From positions 1,550,001-1,614,000 of the forward strand of contig CP089278.1 in the NCBI GenBank assembly GCA_023920165.1: 64,000 bases of DNA. Direction: 5' to 3'. This DNA comes from Curvularia clavata. Its lineage: Eukaryota. A model generated the notes under the pieces. It was not told the origin of the DNA and made no database searches. It was given only the letters and a program-made list of their open reading frames with translations. The position numbers were made by a program, and so were the translations under genes. Shown in pieces: positions 37,320-49,768 of this stretch. Every line of letters begins with the position of its first letter. Positions within the stretch are counted from its first letter, which is position 1.

Positions 37320-38866
37320 CTACAGCTTATTTCCCATATTGATATGTACCGCCTTGGTCTGTGAATAAGCTTCTAGTCCCGCCTCTCCCAACTCCCTGCC
37401 AATACCACTCTGCTTAACACCACCAAAGGGTATCCTGTAGTCGCAGTCCTGGCTACTATTCACCCACACCATGCCGGCTTCAATCTCGGCAGCTACCCTA
37501 TGCGCTCTCTCCAGATCCCTTGTGAAGATAGCACTGCCGAGCCCAAATGTCGAGTCATTGGCCATGTCAATGGCCTGCTCTTCACTCGAGAAAGTGGCAA
37601 TGACGACAAAAGGTCCAAAGATTTCTTCTCGATATATTCGCATACTGGCTGAAACCTTGGTGAAGACGGTTGGTTTGATGTAGTAGCCATGGCCGGCGCA
37701 AGCTTCGCCGCCTTGGATCAGCTCTGCGCCTTCGGACTTGCCAATTTCCACGTAGGAAAGCACCTTATCATACTGCTGCTTGGTGACCTGGGGCCCTTGG
37801 AATGTGCTTTCGCTCCATTGATCGCCAATTACGGACACGTCTTTGATTTGCTGGCAGAACTGAGAGACAAATGTGTCGAAGACGGACTCTTGGACGAGTA
37901 TGCGTGATGTAGCAGTGCAAATCTGGCCTTGATTTGACATGATGCCAATGTGTGACCATCGAACTGCCTGCTCCATGTCGGCGTCCTCGAAGACAATCAA
38001 TGGAGATTTACCGCCAGTCTCGAGGGTGACGTTCTTCAGCCCTACCGCAGCCATCTTCATGATCTGTGTAGCAGTGGCTGTAGAGCCCGTAAACGCAACT
38101 TTGTCCACTAGCGGATGTTGTACCAAGGCAGCGCCAGCTTCCTGTCCTCGACCGTTCAAGATGTTCACCACACCTGGCGGAAACCCAGCCTCTTTGATGA
38201 GCTTCGCTAGCACAAGAATAGACAACGGCGTTTGCTCTGCAGCTTTCAGCACCACGGTATTTCCGCATGCGAGAGCAGGTCCTAGTTTCCAGCACGCCAT
38301 AGACAAAGGATAATTCCAAGGAATGATTTGAGCAACGACGCCAATGGGCTGGCGGATCGTGTAGGCAAACTTTTGAGGTGTGGTGCTGATGGTCTGTCCG
38401 GAGATCTTGTCTGCCCAGCCAGCGTAGTAGCGGATTGTAGAGAAGGATTCAGGAAGGTCCTCGTTAAGGGCAACACTATAGGGTTTACCTGGAAATACCG
38501 TTAATATACGATTTTTGCAAATTCGGAAGCTTACTTGCCATTGTCCCAGGCGTCAATGGTTGCAAGAAGTTCCTTGTTTTCCTCCACGAGATCTGCCAGC
38601 TTCGCCATGAGTCTTCCGCGCTGAGTAACACAGAGTTGCTTCCATTCTGGGCTCTTCAAAGCCCTCTTCGCAGCATGCACTGCACGATCCACGTCTTCTG
38701 CATTTGCAGCTTGTACTGTAGCAATTTCCTTTTCGGTAGCAGGGTCTACCGATGATATCGTATTGGGCGGTGATGAGGAATCAACAAATTCGTTGTCAAT
38801 AAAGAGACCAGTGGGCTGCTCCCACTGCTGGCCATTGGGCGCCTTTAGTTGGATCGTTTGCGGCAT
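37320..38866 (-). CDS. NAD(P)-dependent aldehyde dehydrogenase, 498 aa; 2 exons, GC-AG intron
   Basis: Exons 38866-38539 and 38488-37320. Motifs IIPWNYP, KAAEQTP, FTGSTATA, TLETGGKSP, NQGQICTA (catalytic Cys), EEIFGP and PFGGVKQSG. Confidence 0.96.
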
Positions 38867-39511
38867 CTTGGGAGACAGTCTTTTGCGTATACACGAAAGG
38901 GCTCACGTCGTAGAATGCCAGCCTTCGAGTATTCAGGAGCTCCGATACTCGCAACGAGCTACAGATATGGCCGAAGACGCGCATTGGCTCACTATTGACA
39001 AGTTGCGAAGTGGGGTTGATTGAGCATACGCTAAGCCATGGTAGCATGGCTAGTGGCCGCAATGAGCAAATCTACACGTCTCCTGCCAGTTTAGGTATTC
39101 TTTCCTCAACAGACGCATGTATTAACCTCTTTTCCGTACCTATACGTTTGTGGAAAGCTCATCTGAACGCAGACTCAAGTGGAACATACCACTCTAAGCA
39201 ACACACATATTCAGATTACATACGATGCTACACATGTGACACTGACAAGTAAAAATTGAATTCTGAGTTTCGTATTGAATGCGTAGAAGATTGATCATAG
39301 GTAGAGAACCCGCCCAACTCCGCCCATGCAGCGCTGAACGTTGATCCATTAACGGTAGCCTCTCCTTCCGTTTTCTACCATTCCTCACTTCCAAGTGGCT
39401 ACCAGTGTGCATCCATTCATTGACAATCATTATTTCGTAAGAAGGGGTATCGAATGCGTGAGACATGTCCCAGTCATTACGTCATCTTCGCTTGAAATAT
39501 GCTTCAGCGCC

Positions 39512-42392
39512 CTAAGGCGAAGAGCGAGGGTTCTTGGTAAGCTTCGTCAAAGCACCCAGTAGACCTGCAATGGCTGTCAGTGTGCCGTTTCAATTACTCA
39601 CACAGACTGAAACTTACCAGTTGCGCCATTGGGGAGCGTCGACATGGCAATCGAGTTTCGGTCACCAACGGTCACGGTTTGAACATTGGGAACAATCGAG
39701 TCGTCCTTTAACTGTTTCGCCCAGCGAAAGACATTCTCGTCACTGCGGTCGTTGCCAGCAGCGAGCAGGAAGTCAGGCCGAGCATCCTCTGGGTACTTGC
39801 TGAAGATATGCTGCGCAGCAGAAGCCTTGTCAAAATCAACTGGCTCGATAACAACCGAGTCCTTTGTAGGGATCGCCTTGACGCGTTGCTGCTCACAGGC
39901 ATCGTTGATGTGGTTCGCACAATCACCGGCATGTCGGCTTGTCGAGTCATCCTTGTCATCAGACTTGTTGTAGTGGAAGATGATGGAGCAGTGGCGCTCC
40001 TCAACCCAACTGCCTTCGACACGCTCGAGGTAGTATTGGAGAATTGGCTTGACCGAATCCTTCCACCTTACCGTCTTCTCCTCGTCAGGGAACTGAATCC
40101 ACTCTTTCGCACCAGGCTCACGCAGGAAGCAGCCATTTTCTGCAATGAGACCCAGGCCACGAACACGGTTGAAGATGAGCTCAGTTTCTCGAACTGTCCG
40201 ACCAGTCATTACATAGACGGCATTCTTCTCGTCAGCAACGAGATCGTTGAGCAAAACGATGACGCGCTCGGTGTTAGCGAGGATAGTCTTGTTGACAGAC
40301 CCGTACGATGCAAGGGTACCTTCGTAGTCTAGGACGAACAGTCGCCTCTGAGACTGCTGGTACGCCTGGGCCAGGCTACTAGCAGAGAGTCGGGGGATCG
40401 ACATAGTATCGCGCTTGAATTGCTCCTCATAGACCTTTGCAAGATGGGTGCTCAGCTTCTTGACCCAATTGTCACCAGTCTGGTTCATGACGATGTTGCG
40501 CATCTTGGTGAACCTCCTCTCCTTCTCATCGTCCTTCATCTCCAGGGCGATGCGGAAAGCTTCGGCAATATTGTTGTAGTCCCATGGGTTGATGGCGAGG
40601 TCTGCACCATCAAAAATCGAGGCACTACCGGTAAACTCACTGAGGATGACGGGGCTGTGCTTCTTTTCGCCTCCGCGACCATCCTGACAGATGACAAACT
40701 CGTGGCAGGTCAAGTTCATGCCCTCGCGGAGACTAGTAATGGCGAGTGCATCGGCAATGGACAGCAGTGCAAGATATTGCGAAAAGGAAATGTCCTGTCG
40801 GAGGAAGATGAGGGGGTTGTGGGTCAGAGTCGAGTGGACTGCATCGATACGGGTGACAATCTCAGAAACAGTTGCAGCCAACTCGGTGTCTTCGGTAGTG
40901 GAAGTTGCCACCTGGATCATGACAACCTTGTCCTTCCACTCTGGATATTTGTTGAGGAACAATTCGAAAGCCAGCAACTTTTGGCGTACACCGCGAATGT
41001 TGTCTAGCTTATCCCGAGCAACAATAACCTTTTTTCCCTCGTATCGCTTTTGCATGGTCTGGATCCACTCCAAAACCTCGGGCTCTTCTCGGGCAAGAGA
41101 CAGCGCACGCGGGTCAATGCCGATAGGCGAGGACCACACATTGACGAAGCGGTTCTCAAGCTGAACTCCATCCTCAGTGGCCTCTACGGAGAGAATCCGG
41201 CTGCAGGTTTGCAGGAAGTGGTGGGCGTACTCGGGTGTCTGGAACGCGACCAGGTTTGCTCCGAGCATGCCATCAAGAAGCTCTTTTCGAGCAGCCAGGC
41301 AACGGAAAACCTCGGAAGAGGGGAACGCTGTGTGCAGGAAGAAGCCAATCTGGGCATCTGGTAGCTTCTGACGAATCATCTGTGGGACAAGGCACAGGTG
41401 GTAGTCATGGACCCAGATGACGTCTCCGCGCTTGTAGTTCTTGACAACCTTGTCTGCAAAAGCCTGGTTGACCTTGACGTAAAAGACCCAAGAGTGGTCC
41501 AGGAAGGCCTTGCTCTTGGGATGGTCGGGAATGATGTAGTGAAAGACTGGCCACAGGATTGTCTTGCAGTAATGGGCATAATGGCCGTCAAAGTCTTTGT
41601 CGCTGACAAAGACAGTCAGGGCGTCGTGCTCCTCCTCCAGCTTCTCGTAAATCTCGGTCTTTTTCTCTTCGTTCAGGCTGTCTGTGGGGAAGCCAATCAA
41701 GCCAACGGTGATGGTATCTTTAAGGCACTTGTTGTCGACGGCAGCACGGAGCGCGTTGGTCAGGCCACCATTGCCCTGGGCAGCAGGCACAACCTTGTAG
41801 TCGGTAGCCCACCTTGGATCTGTTGTCTGATTTCCAGCACTGGTGGCCTTGATGCGCTCCTTTTGAGCCTGCGCTCGCTCCTGCGCCTTTGCATACTCGA
41901 GAATTGTGTCCGGTGGGGCGGGCTCGGCCCTCGAGACGGGCTGGTTGAAGAAGATGCCGCTGCCGCCCCATTCCGGGACATGGGCGTCACTGCGGACCAG
42001 ACCGCGGGGGTCTGCGGCGTTGGGGAAGTGGGTAGCGGCGCTGGGCTGGCCAGGTGTAAAGAAGTCTTCGTGCTCAGCCATGCGCGTCGAAGCCTTGGGC
42101 AACGAAATGTGCAAGGGCGGTGCCCGCTTAAGGAGACTCTGCGGCTGCTCATCATTCTGGGCCGACACTCGTGTGCTCGATAGGCTGGAGGTGGACGACT
42201 GTCGAAGAGAGTCGTTCAACTGGGTCGGGGCGGGTTGGGGCGGACTGGGAGGGGCAGATTTGTTCTCTTGGAAATCGACGGTATAGGGTAGGAAGCTAGT
42301 TGTATTAGACGAATTGAGGGCGTGCAACGACTAGTAGAGGCTAGGGCGAGGAAAATGTGGGTTACATACAGAGAGACAATGTGTGTAGTCAT
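39512..42392 (-). CDS. TPS3: Trehalose synthase complex regulatory subunit (Tps3/Tsl1/TslA type; GT20 plus HAD-like domains); 3 exons
   Basis: Exons 42392-42370, 42295-39618, 39564-39512. Motifs WVHDYHL, FFLHTAFPSSEVFR and REGMNL. The phosphatase motif reads DYEGTL rather than DYDGTL. Confidence 0.9.
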
Positions 42393-43468
42393 GTTGGGCA
42401 GCAGGTTGGCGTTGGTCGCCCGCTGGCTGAGGGAATTGATGTCAAGGATGGAGGGGTAGAGATGGCAGACAGATGCGGGAGCAGAAAGCAGCAGGGCCCG
42501 GTGCACACGGGCGTGAGGGTCGAGGTGAGGTTATAGATGGAGGCGGCGGGAGCAGAGGGTGAAATTTCCGGTAGCTTCCTTGGATCGATCGTGATGGAGC
42601 CTACTTTGCAGGGAAGCTTCGCAGAGGTTCGGCCTGGCTGGTCGGGACCCAAAGCAAGCAAGCAAGCAAGCAAGAGGGCGGGAGCTAGGCGGTACCTGGG
42701 CGAAGGATGACGGCCCTGGATAGCGTCGTGGTTGAGGTTGAGCGAGGAGCGAGGAGCGTGTTTGTCTTTGCTTCTTTTGTTGTTGTTGGTGGTGATGGCC
42801 GCAATTTGCAGCGTTGACCTCGCCCGCGGCGGGCACAGCCAGCCATGACGTACGCGCGCACCACAGCCCAAGGAGCGGTTTGGTGGTGGGCCTCTCTCCA
42901 CCGTCTCACGGCAGCCCGGAGCAATCAGGCGGCCGTCTTGAGAAAAACATTTCGACTAGCCAAGCATCATCTTTACGTGTCTTGGACGAAATGGCCGTCA
43001 ATGCCGGTGGGCACGACAGCCAAGGCGCCCGACAGGTGCGAATGCTGGGCCAATGGGCGCGCGCCCATGAGAAAGACGACATGGCGCTGCAGCCCCTGTG
43101 TGAGGCTATCCCAGAGCTCTGCTGCCGCCGTTTTCATGTGCAAGGGCGTGGTGGGGACTTTGTTGGGCGCCGGCACAGAAAGCCGCCATGGCATTCGTCG
43201 AGAATGCGATGTGAGGCATAGAATGCGATGTTGGCCAGCACGGCACCGTCTACCTGTGGAGCATCCTGTCACCTGATTTCCCGTGACGCGCACGGGCCTC
43301 GTGACGTCGAGATACGGTACTGGTGGGCTGCTGGCAATGCCATGGCATGCCATGTGCATATCCTCACTGTCGTGTGCAAAATGCTGAGCCCAGTTGTTCC
43401 CTCGGGACATGGCCCAAAACATGCCTCATTGTATCTCACTAACATGTACCTCCCTCACGCCCTCTTCC

Positions 43469-43894
43469 TCACCGCACCCCAATCCCCAGCAGATACGCCG
43501 TCCTAATCACCACCGGGAGCACATTCAAACTGTTGGTGATGCCGTCTTTGCCCCTCCAACCCTCCGCCCCAAACACCTTGTCCCCCATTTCGCACCACGC
43601 CGCGTAGCAATGCCCCAAATCACACAGCAGCAACCCAAACAAGATCCACCGCCACGTCCTCTTATCATTCACCACCCGGAGCAGCACCCCCTCGGTGAAG
43701 GCGAAAAACAAGTAGGCAGATGCCAGCTGGTCGCATATGATGTGCGATGAGGCGCTATACGTCGCCGTCGACGGCATGAAGCTGAAATAGTCTTTCGGGT
43801 CCGAATGGAGCTTGTAGGCCCCGTTGAGCGCGAAGAAGGGCTCCAGGTACAGGTGCCATAGGCTGTAGATGAAGGGCGTGTTGGGAGGCGCCAT
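43469..43894 (-). CDS. Small multi-pass fungal membrane protein (DUF7704-like, recognised from memory)
   Basis: MAPPNTPFIYSLWHLYLEPFFALNGAY...EGVLLR...W...LLCDLGH. Several hydrophobic segments and coding-like codon usage. Confidence 0.75.
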   Translation of the reverse strand: MAPPNTPFIYSLWHLYLEPFFALNGAYKLHSDPKDYFSFMPSTATYSASSHIICDQLASAYLFFAFTEGVLLRVVNDKRTWRWILFGLLLCDLGHCYAAWCEMGDKVFGAEGWRGKDGITNSLNVLPVVIRTAYLLGIGVR

Positions 43895-44649
43895 GACTAG
43901 TCGTGTATAGTGACAACTTGGTATCGTGTCAGATATATGTATCCTGCTTGCCTGTGCCTTGGTCGTCACCCGCGGACTCCGGCCGCCCGCCCTCCAGCGT
44001 AGCTAGGTCATTGGCGGAACGTGCCCACGGCGATCCACGCCCTTTGCTCCAAACTGCCTTGTTGGGAAGTCCTGTACCTAGTGCTGGAAGCCGACTTCCG
44101 CTGCACATCGCACGTTTCCCCTAACACTCCCACCGACTTTTGTGTGGCTTCGTCGGGACCTTTTTTTTCTTTTTCTTAATACTCGGTTTGGTGTGTTCGG
44201 CGGCATGCTTACCTGTCCAGATATATTGTAAAGCGGGCAGTAGACAGGGTATGAAAACACTTCTCTTAGTTCACCGCATGTACATAATCATCCTATATCT
44301 ACAGCTCTCTTACTTCGGTTGACATTAACCAAGTGGTCCATGGAAAACCCAACATGGAACAAGCAAAACTTCCATCTTTCTCCTCCATTACCGCGGCCTC
44401 CTCGTTCTGTGAAATCCATAGCTTTCGTGAGCGACTTCGTGCTTCGCTGAATGCACAACACCCCCACCACTGAACCTCTCCCATCGGATCTGTCGGTCTT
44501 GTCATATCAATCTCCACAATACACCAACAACCGATAGGTTGCTAGCCCATTGGAGAAGCGGGGCGAGAAGCCAAGAGTACTGTGGTAGAACCCAGCAGGC
44601 TATGACTGTCCCAAAGGCTATCATGGGACCCAACCACATGACATGCTGC

Positions 44650-45345
44650 CTATGTTCGGTCTGACCTCGCTTCTTGTACGTATATGCTTATACGCTGTTT
44701 GTCCACGGTGGCCTCGCAGCTCAATGCTCCGTTTCCTAGTTGCTTGTATTGTATTCCTTCGCCTTTGTCCAGGTACTTCTCAAGAAAGTACTTTGCCGCG
44801 ACTTCATTGGCTGCTACCATGCTTCCGAAACTCGCCACTATCACCGCCTCGTCACTCGGTTGACTGCTTGCCTTACTGGAGATAACATGGTATATTGTCC
44901 GGCCATCATCGGCCTGTGATGTTGACTGGTTTGAGTACAACGCCTCTCGTAGAGCAAGCGGATATGTATTCATGTCGCCGGGTACGGTTTTGGTCGGACT
45001 GCGAGTTACTATCGTTGCTGGTAAGCTCGACAGCACCGAAGCGGGCGGCGGCGGCTGGGTGTAGGGCCGATGGGCATACGATTGTGTGAGGGCTGGCGCA
45101 GGAACAGGCACGGGAGCCAAATGCGGCGGCGGCTGCAGCTGCTTCTGCTTCTGGTGCCGAAGGAGAAAGTCGCGGTGCTCATCCAGCTGGCTTCTTAGTG
45201 CATCGCTCGTAGCCTGGAAGATACGCTCCTGGACGCCGGGACCGAGATTGCGCGAGTAGTGACGCAAATCGGCGCTGCAGTCAAGCTGCAAAAGGCTTCG
45301 TTGACGATCAAAAACGTACGGTTGTGGAGACACTGTGATTGCCAT
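44650..45345 (-). CDS. Hypothetical protein, 231 aa
   Basis: Intronless ORF with an ATG start, a Pro/Gln-rich middle and an ordered-looking C-terminal region (IYHVISS...SFGSMVAANEVAAKYF). Confidence 0.6.
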   Translation of the reverse strand: MAITVSPQPYVFDRQRSLLQLDCSADLRHYSRNLGPGVQERIFQATSDALRSQLDEHRDFLLRHQKQKQLQPPPHLAPVPVPAPALTQSYAHRPYTQPPPPASVLSSLPATIVTRSPTKTVPGDMNTYPLALREALYSNQSTSQADDGRTIYHVISSKASSQPSDEAVIVASFGSMVAANEVAAKYFLEKYLDKGEGIQYKQLGNGALSCEATVDKQRISIYVQEARSDRT

Positions 45346-46191
45346 GTTACTCGACGATATGCTGGTCTCACCACGCTGGGTTAGGGACTAGAGAATGAGG
45401 ATGAAAACCTCGCAGGTAAGGCATGACGCGGATATTGTGCAAACCTTGAAAGCCCCGAAAGTCCGTATTCACGTCTCCACGTGATGACGTGCTGTGATTA
45501 AAAGTCACATTATCTAGGCATGTACTCCGTACAGAATACACTTTATTCGATCGAGATACCGCCAAAGTGCTTCGCATTCTACATCTGACACGATCTTCTG
45601 GATAGGCACATGGATCTTCGCACGTGTCCATCGATATCGTTACATTGTCTGAACACGACACGCAAAAGAGGCTAGGAAATTACAGCACATTGTCCATAAA
45701 GTCTTTTTTTTCTCCCGCTGACAGGCCGGCATAATTACCTGTACATGCTAAATTACAGCCGAGGTAGCGCCTTGAATGAGATCTGGCCCCACACATGGTA
45801 ACATGGCGCCGAGAACTCGGGGCATCTTAACGTCAATAAGACCACGAAAGTCTCGCCGCGTCACACCCTGAGCATAATCGTGCCGAAGCTACGCCGTGCT
45901 CACACCATAGATTGAGCGCCACAAGAAGGAAAAAGAAATCATCTGGACCGGAACACCGCAATTCCCGATGCTCAATCACCCATGAGGTTCATGCCAGACG
46001 CACATGCGCCGACAGCAATCCTTATTCGTACATCGTTGTAAATCATCAATTGGCCCTCGAGTAATGGTCCAAACGCACGGAATCCAGTGGAGAGCCGACC
46101 ACAAGCGGGCAACTATAGTATCTCGTATCACCATCTTGACCTTGGCTCTCCTTGTCTCGTAACATACCTGGTTATCACGCCAAGACCTGAC

Positions 46192-47115
46192 TTAGTAACC
46201 CAAAGGAACCCGGCCACTCATCGCTTCATGAGCATCGCGCTTGAGGGCCCCATAGGATGCCGAGAGATCTGGAAAGGCTTCGATGGCATGCTTGGTAGGC
46301 AGAGGAATATCGCATACAATCTTGCGCCAATCGTTGGGGTGCTTGCAGACGTTGCGGATAAGTTCCTTCATGCAGTTCAAGGCCATGGTACAGATCTTGC
46401 GAGCCCACTCCCTGTCAAATGTACCATTTGGATGCTCTAGGTCCTGTGTAGCGGGGTTGATGAGAACAGACCAGGCATAATTCTCGTGTGATGGGAACGA
46501 GTCCGTCTTAGGCGAAACGGCAGGAGCTCTTCTATAGGCCCCGCCAAGCTTGTAGTACTCTTCCCAAACGTGGTCAAAATGCTTTGAGAAAGGGCTTGGC
46601 GGAATCCTGTCAGAAGAGCCGTTGTAGTCGTGCTGACCTTGGCGAAAAGCCATCTCCTGTACAGCCAAATACTCGGGGATACCGGTCATGGAGGGCGTGG
46701 CTGAATTGAACATGGTAGATTGATGAGCGTTGGAATTGAAGAATGGGCGACGAGGCGAGAGCAAGCTGTCGGACATATTACCAGTAGGTGGAGACATGTT
46801 GCTAGCATACGAAGTATGGCGCTGCATGCTCAGCCCCGGTACTTGGACAAGCTGACCATTGGTCACCTTTTGCACAGAGCCCTCGTGCACTCGAGGACTC
46901 TGTATGGTAGTAGAAGAACTCGAAGCGCTTGATGATGCGGTGCAATTGTGGTCAGCTGTCATAGAGCGAGCTCGGTGTGGAGTAGTTGGCTGTATATCGG
47001 TTAGCTTGAACTCGTCAATACGGTTTGCATTTAGGCGTGCTCCACAAGCTGTATGGCTTGTAGTATTTATACATGGATCTGTCCTCGAGACAGAGTCGTA
47101 GGTCTCCATAAGCAT
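46192..47115 (-). CDS. Hypothetical protein of at least 307 aa; 5' exon structure unresolved (possible upstream exons to ATG 47375)
   Basis: Long ORF with a Ser-rich linker and an aromatic C-terminal region. GTAAGT donors lie upstream at 47360 and 47223, but I could not join them in frame. Confidence 0.6.
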   Translation of the reverse strand: MLMETYDSVSRTDPCINTTSHTACGARLNANRIDEFKLTDIQPTTPHRARSMTADHNCTASSSASSSSTTIQSPRVHEGSVQKVTNGQLVQVPGLSMQRHTSYASNMSPPTGNMSDSLLSPRRPFFNSNAHQSTMFNSATPSMTGIPEYLAVQEMAFRQGQHDYNGSSDRIPPSPFSKHFDHVWEEYYKLGGAYRRAPAVSPKTDSFPSHENYAWSVLINPATQDLEHPNGTFDREWARKICTMALNCMKELIRNVCKHPNDWRKIVCDIPLPTKHAIEAFPDLSASYGALKRDAHEAMSGRVPLGY

Positions 47116-48681
47116 GACAGCAATCAGACTGTCAAAGCGAGCGTCCAGATAAGGATGAAGAACCGATTGAGGTGCCCCCCGTCGGATTCAGTGCTCAGTA
47201 GAGCTGTTCCTCTGGGAACTTACAAAGCGGTTACTGTAATCAAAAACACGCTGGTTGACGTCCATGCTGGCTCCCACAACCCTGCCCTTTGCGGGAATAT
47301 ACATCTCGAGGGCAGTCAACAATCACACTCGGGAGCAAATTAGACAGATTTGCGACTTACTAGAGTCGACGCCATTGCTAGTACTACGTGTAGTTCAAGG
47401 TGCGTCGATATTCGTACGGCTATACGGCTGTACAGCAAATATGGGTAAAATGCGTGGTGAGTGTGTAAGCGTGTGGGAGGTGTATTGATGGGTAAAGAGA
47501 CGGATGTGATATTCCAGCAACAGACCGCGCCAAGCCAAGAGCAAACGCTTCAAAGTGTTGCTCTGCTCTGCTATAGCGTGATATGTGAGCCGTCTAGGGT
47601 GGAACCCCTTCTTGGCGTAGTGAAGGTGAGTCGGAGGCTAGATTAGGAAAGAGCAAACAGACGACAAGCGGTTGTGCTCTAGGCCCGTGACATCATAATC
47701 GTTGTGGCTTGAAGTACAGGCCAAGACCGAGTTCAAGAGAGAGATGAAGCTAGAGATAATAAGGACGAAAATACTGGACTTAAAAGTAATAGGCTTCAGA
47801 AGAGCTTTACCTTTATTTTGAGGAAATACATGATTAATGAAAAGTGTGCCAAAAAGATATTCTGCCACATGAATGAGGTTCTCAAAATCCGTTTGGAAGG
47901 ACTGGAGGACTGTAGAGAGTGTCAGGGAAAATCAGGATATTGTAAGGCTGCCCACCGGTGAATTTTCAGCTAGTGCCCTGATAGTGCTTGTAATAGTGGT
48001 AGCACGAAGGTGAAACAGAATGAAGAATTTGCGATGAAAAAAATTATGCAATCATAGCATGAACATGGTTGTCGAAATATTGTTCTTGTGAGAAATTTGA
48101 GATTGGGACGTTTTATGATTTAAAGAATGAATGCTCCCAAGAAGATGAGGAGAGAGCTTGGGGAACTTGACTTGGACCGGCGATTTTCTTCCTAGAGTTA
48201 TTAACTATAGCATAGAGCAAAATGTATTCGGGGCTGAATTTTAGCTGACTACTACATTCTACATGTGATAATGGCAAGTGTAAGACTGACGAAAGTTTTA
48301 CAGCACAAACCCGATCACGCGAGCCCACAAAATCCGAACAAGACAACATGAAAATGAGTGCGAATAGAAACAAGACATTAGAGGTGTAAAAACGTCAATG
48401 CTTTAAGATTGAAGATGGCGTAAGACGCGGCAACACGACGAGAGTGCACGAAGCTTCTTCTTGTAGGCACGAGATGTTAGCGCAGAGTGTTGACGTTTTC
48501 GACGATGATGTCGTGGCGTCGAAGGGAGATCGAGAAGCCGGGATCGTCCGACGAACGACACCCACCAATCATGTCCGCCGAGTTGTCATAACCGAGGGAA
48601 CTGGAGTGGCGCCCTAATGCTCCAACTTCAATGATACCAACACCTTGACTTTCGACACTCTCCACTCTACAACCCGTAGCC

Positions 48682-49768
48682 ATGGCTTGCACACGCGCTC
48701 TTACTCGTTTGGCGCTACGACCAGCTGGTACGCTCCGTCCCGCTACCCATCTCGACGCCCATTGAGCACTGCTAACACCTTGCGACAGCCGTACGGCCGG
48801 CAGTTTTCTCTCGCAGCTTCGCCTCCGTTACCGACGTCCACGCCCGTGACCCCGTCTCCAAGACCGCCGAAAAGATTGTCCCCGATGCTGCGCGGAAGCC
48901 AATTCCAGAGAGCCAGACGTCCAACGTCAAGGAGGCTTCACCCACTAAGGATGCAAAGATGAAGACTTTCCATGTCTACCGCTGGAATCCCGATGAGCCC
49001 ACGTCCAAGCCCAAGATGCAGTCGTACACCCTGGACCTGAACAAGACCGGACCCATGATGCTGGATGCCCTCATTAGGATCAAGAACGAGATGGACCCAA
49101 CCCTAACCTTCAGGCGAAGTTGTCGTGAGGGTATCTGCGGAAGCTGCGCCATGAACATTGACGGAGTCAACACATTGGCATGTCTCTGTATGTAGAGAAA
49201 AATAAACACATCGCGCACGGAATACTAACATGATTCATAGGCCGCATTCCTACTGACACAGCCAAGGAGTCTCGCATCTACCCACTCCCCCACATGTACG
49301 TTGTCAAGGATCTCGTACCGGACATGACGCTTTTCTATAAGCAATACCGCTCGGTGAAGCCATACCTGCAGCGCTCCACCCCTGCACCCGATGTACGTAT
49401 AAATCTTGCTCACACCCCAGAAGTTAGAACTGACACTTTGCCAGGGTCGTGAGTTCCGTCAGTCCAAGGAAGACCGCAAGAAGCTTGACGGTCTCTACGA
49501 ATGCATTCTCTGCGCCTGCTGCTCGACTTCGTGCCCATCGTACTGGTGGAATCAAGAGGAGTACCTCGGCCCTGCTGTCCTCCTCCAGTCGTACCGATGG
49601 ATTGCCGACTCCCGAGACGAGAAGAAGGCAGAGCGCCAGGATGCCCTTAATAACAGCATGAGCTTGTATCGATGCCACACCATTCTCAACTGCTCAAGGA
49701 CGTGCCCTAAGGGACTGAACCCTGCGCTGGCCATTGCCGAGATCAAGAAGAGCATGGCCTTCACATAA
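48682..49768 (+). CDS. SDH2: Succinate dehydrogenase iron-sulfur subunit (SdhB); 4 exons
   Basis: Mitochondrial presequence [15 protein letters not shown]. Introns 48728-48788, 49188-49240, 49393-49444. Fe-S motifs [22 protein letters not shown] and [12 protein letters not shown]. Confidence 0.98.

Noticed and set aside
39686..42286. Multiple 100-260-aa plus-strand ORFs (similar ones occur within GH3, GDB1 and MSH3)
   Set aside because: Antisense shadows of codon-biased real genes.
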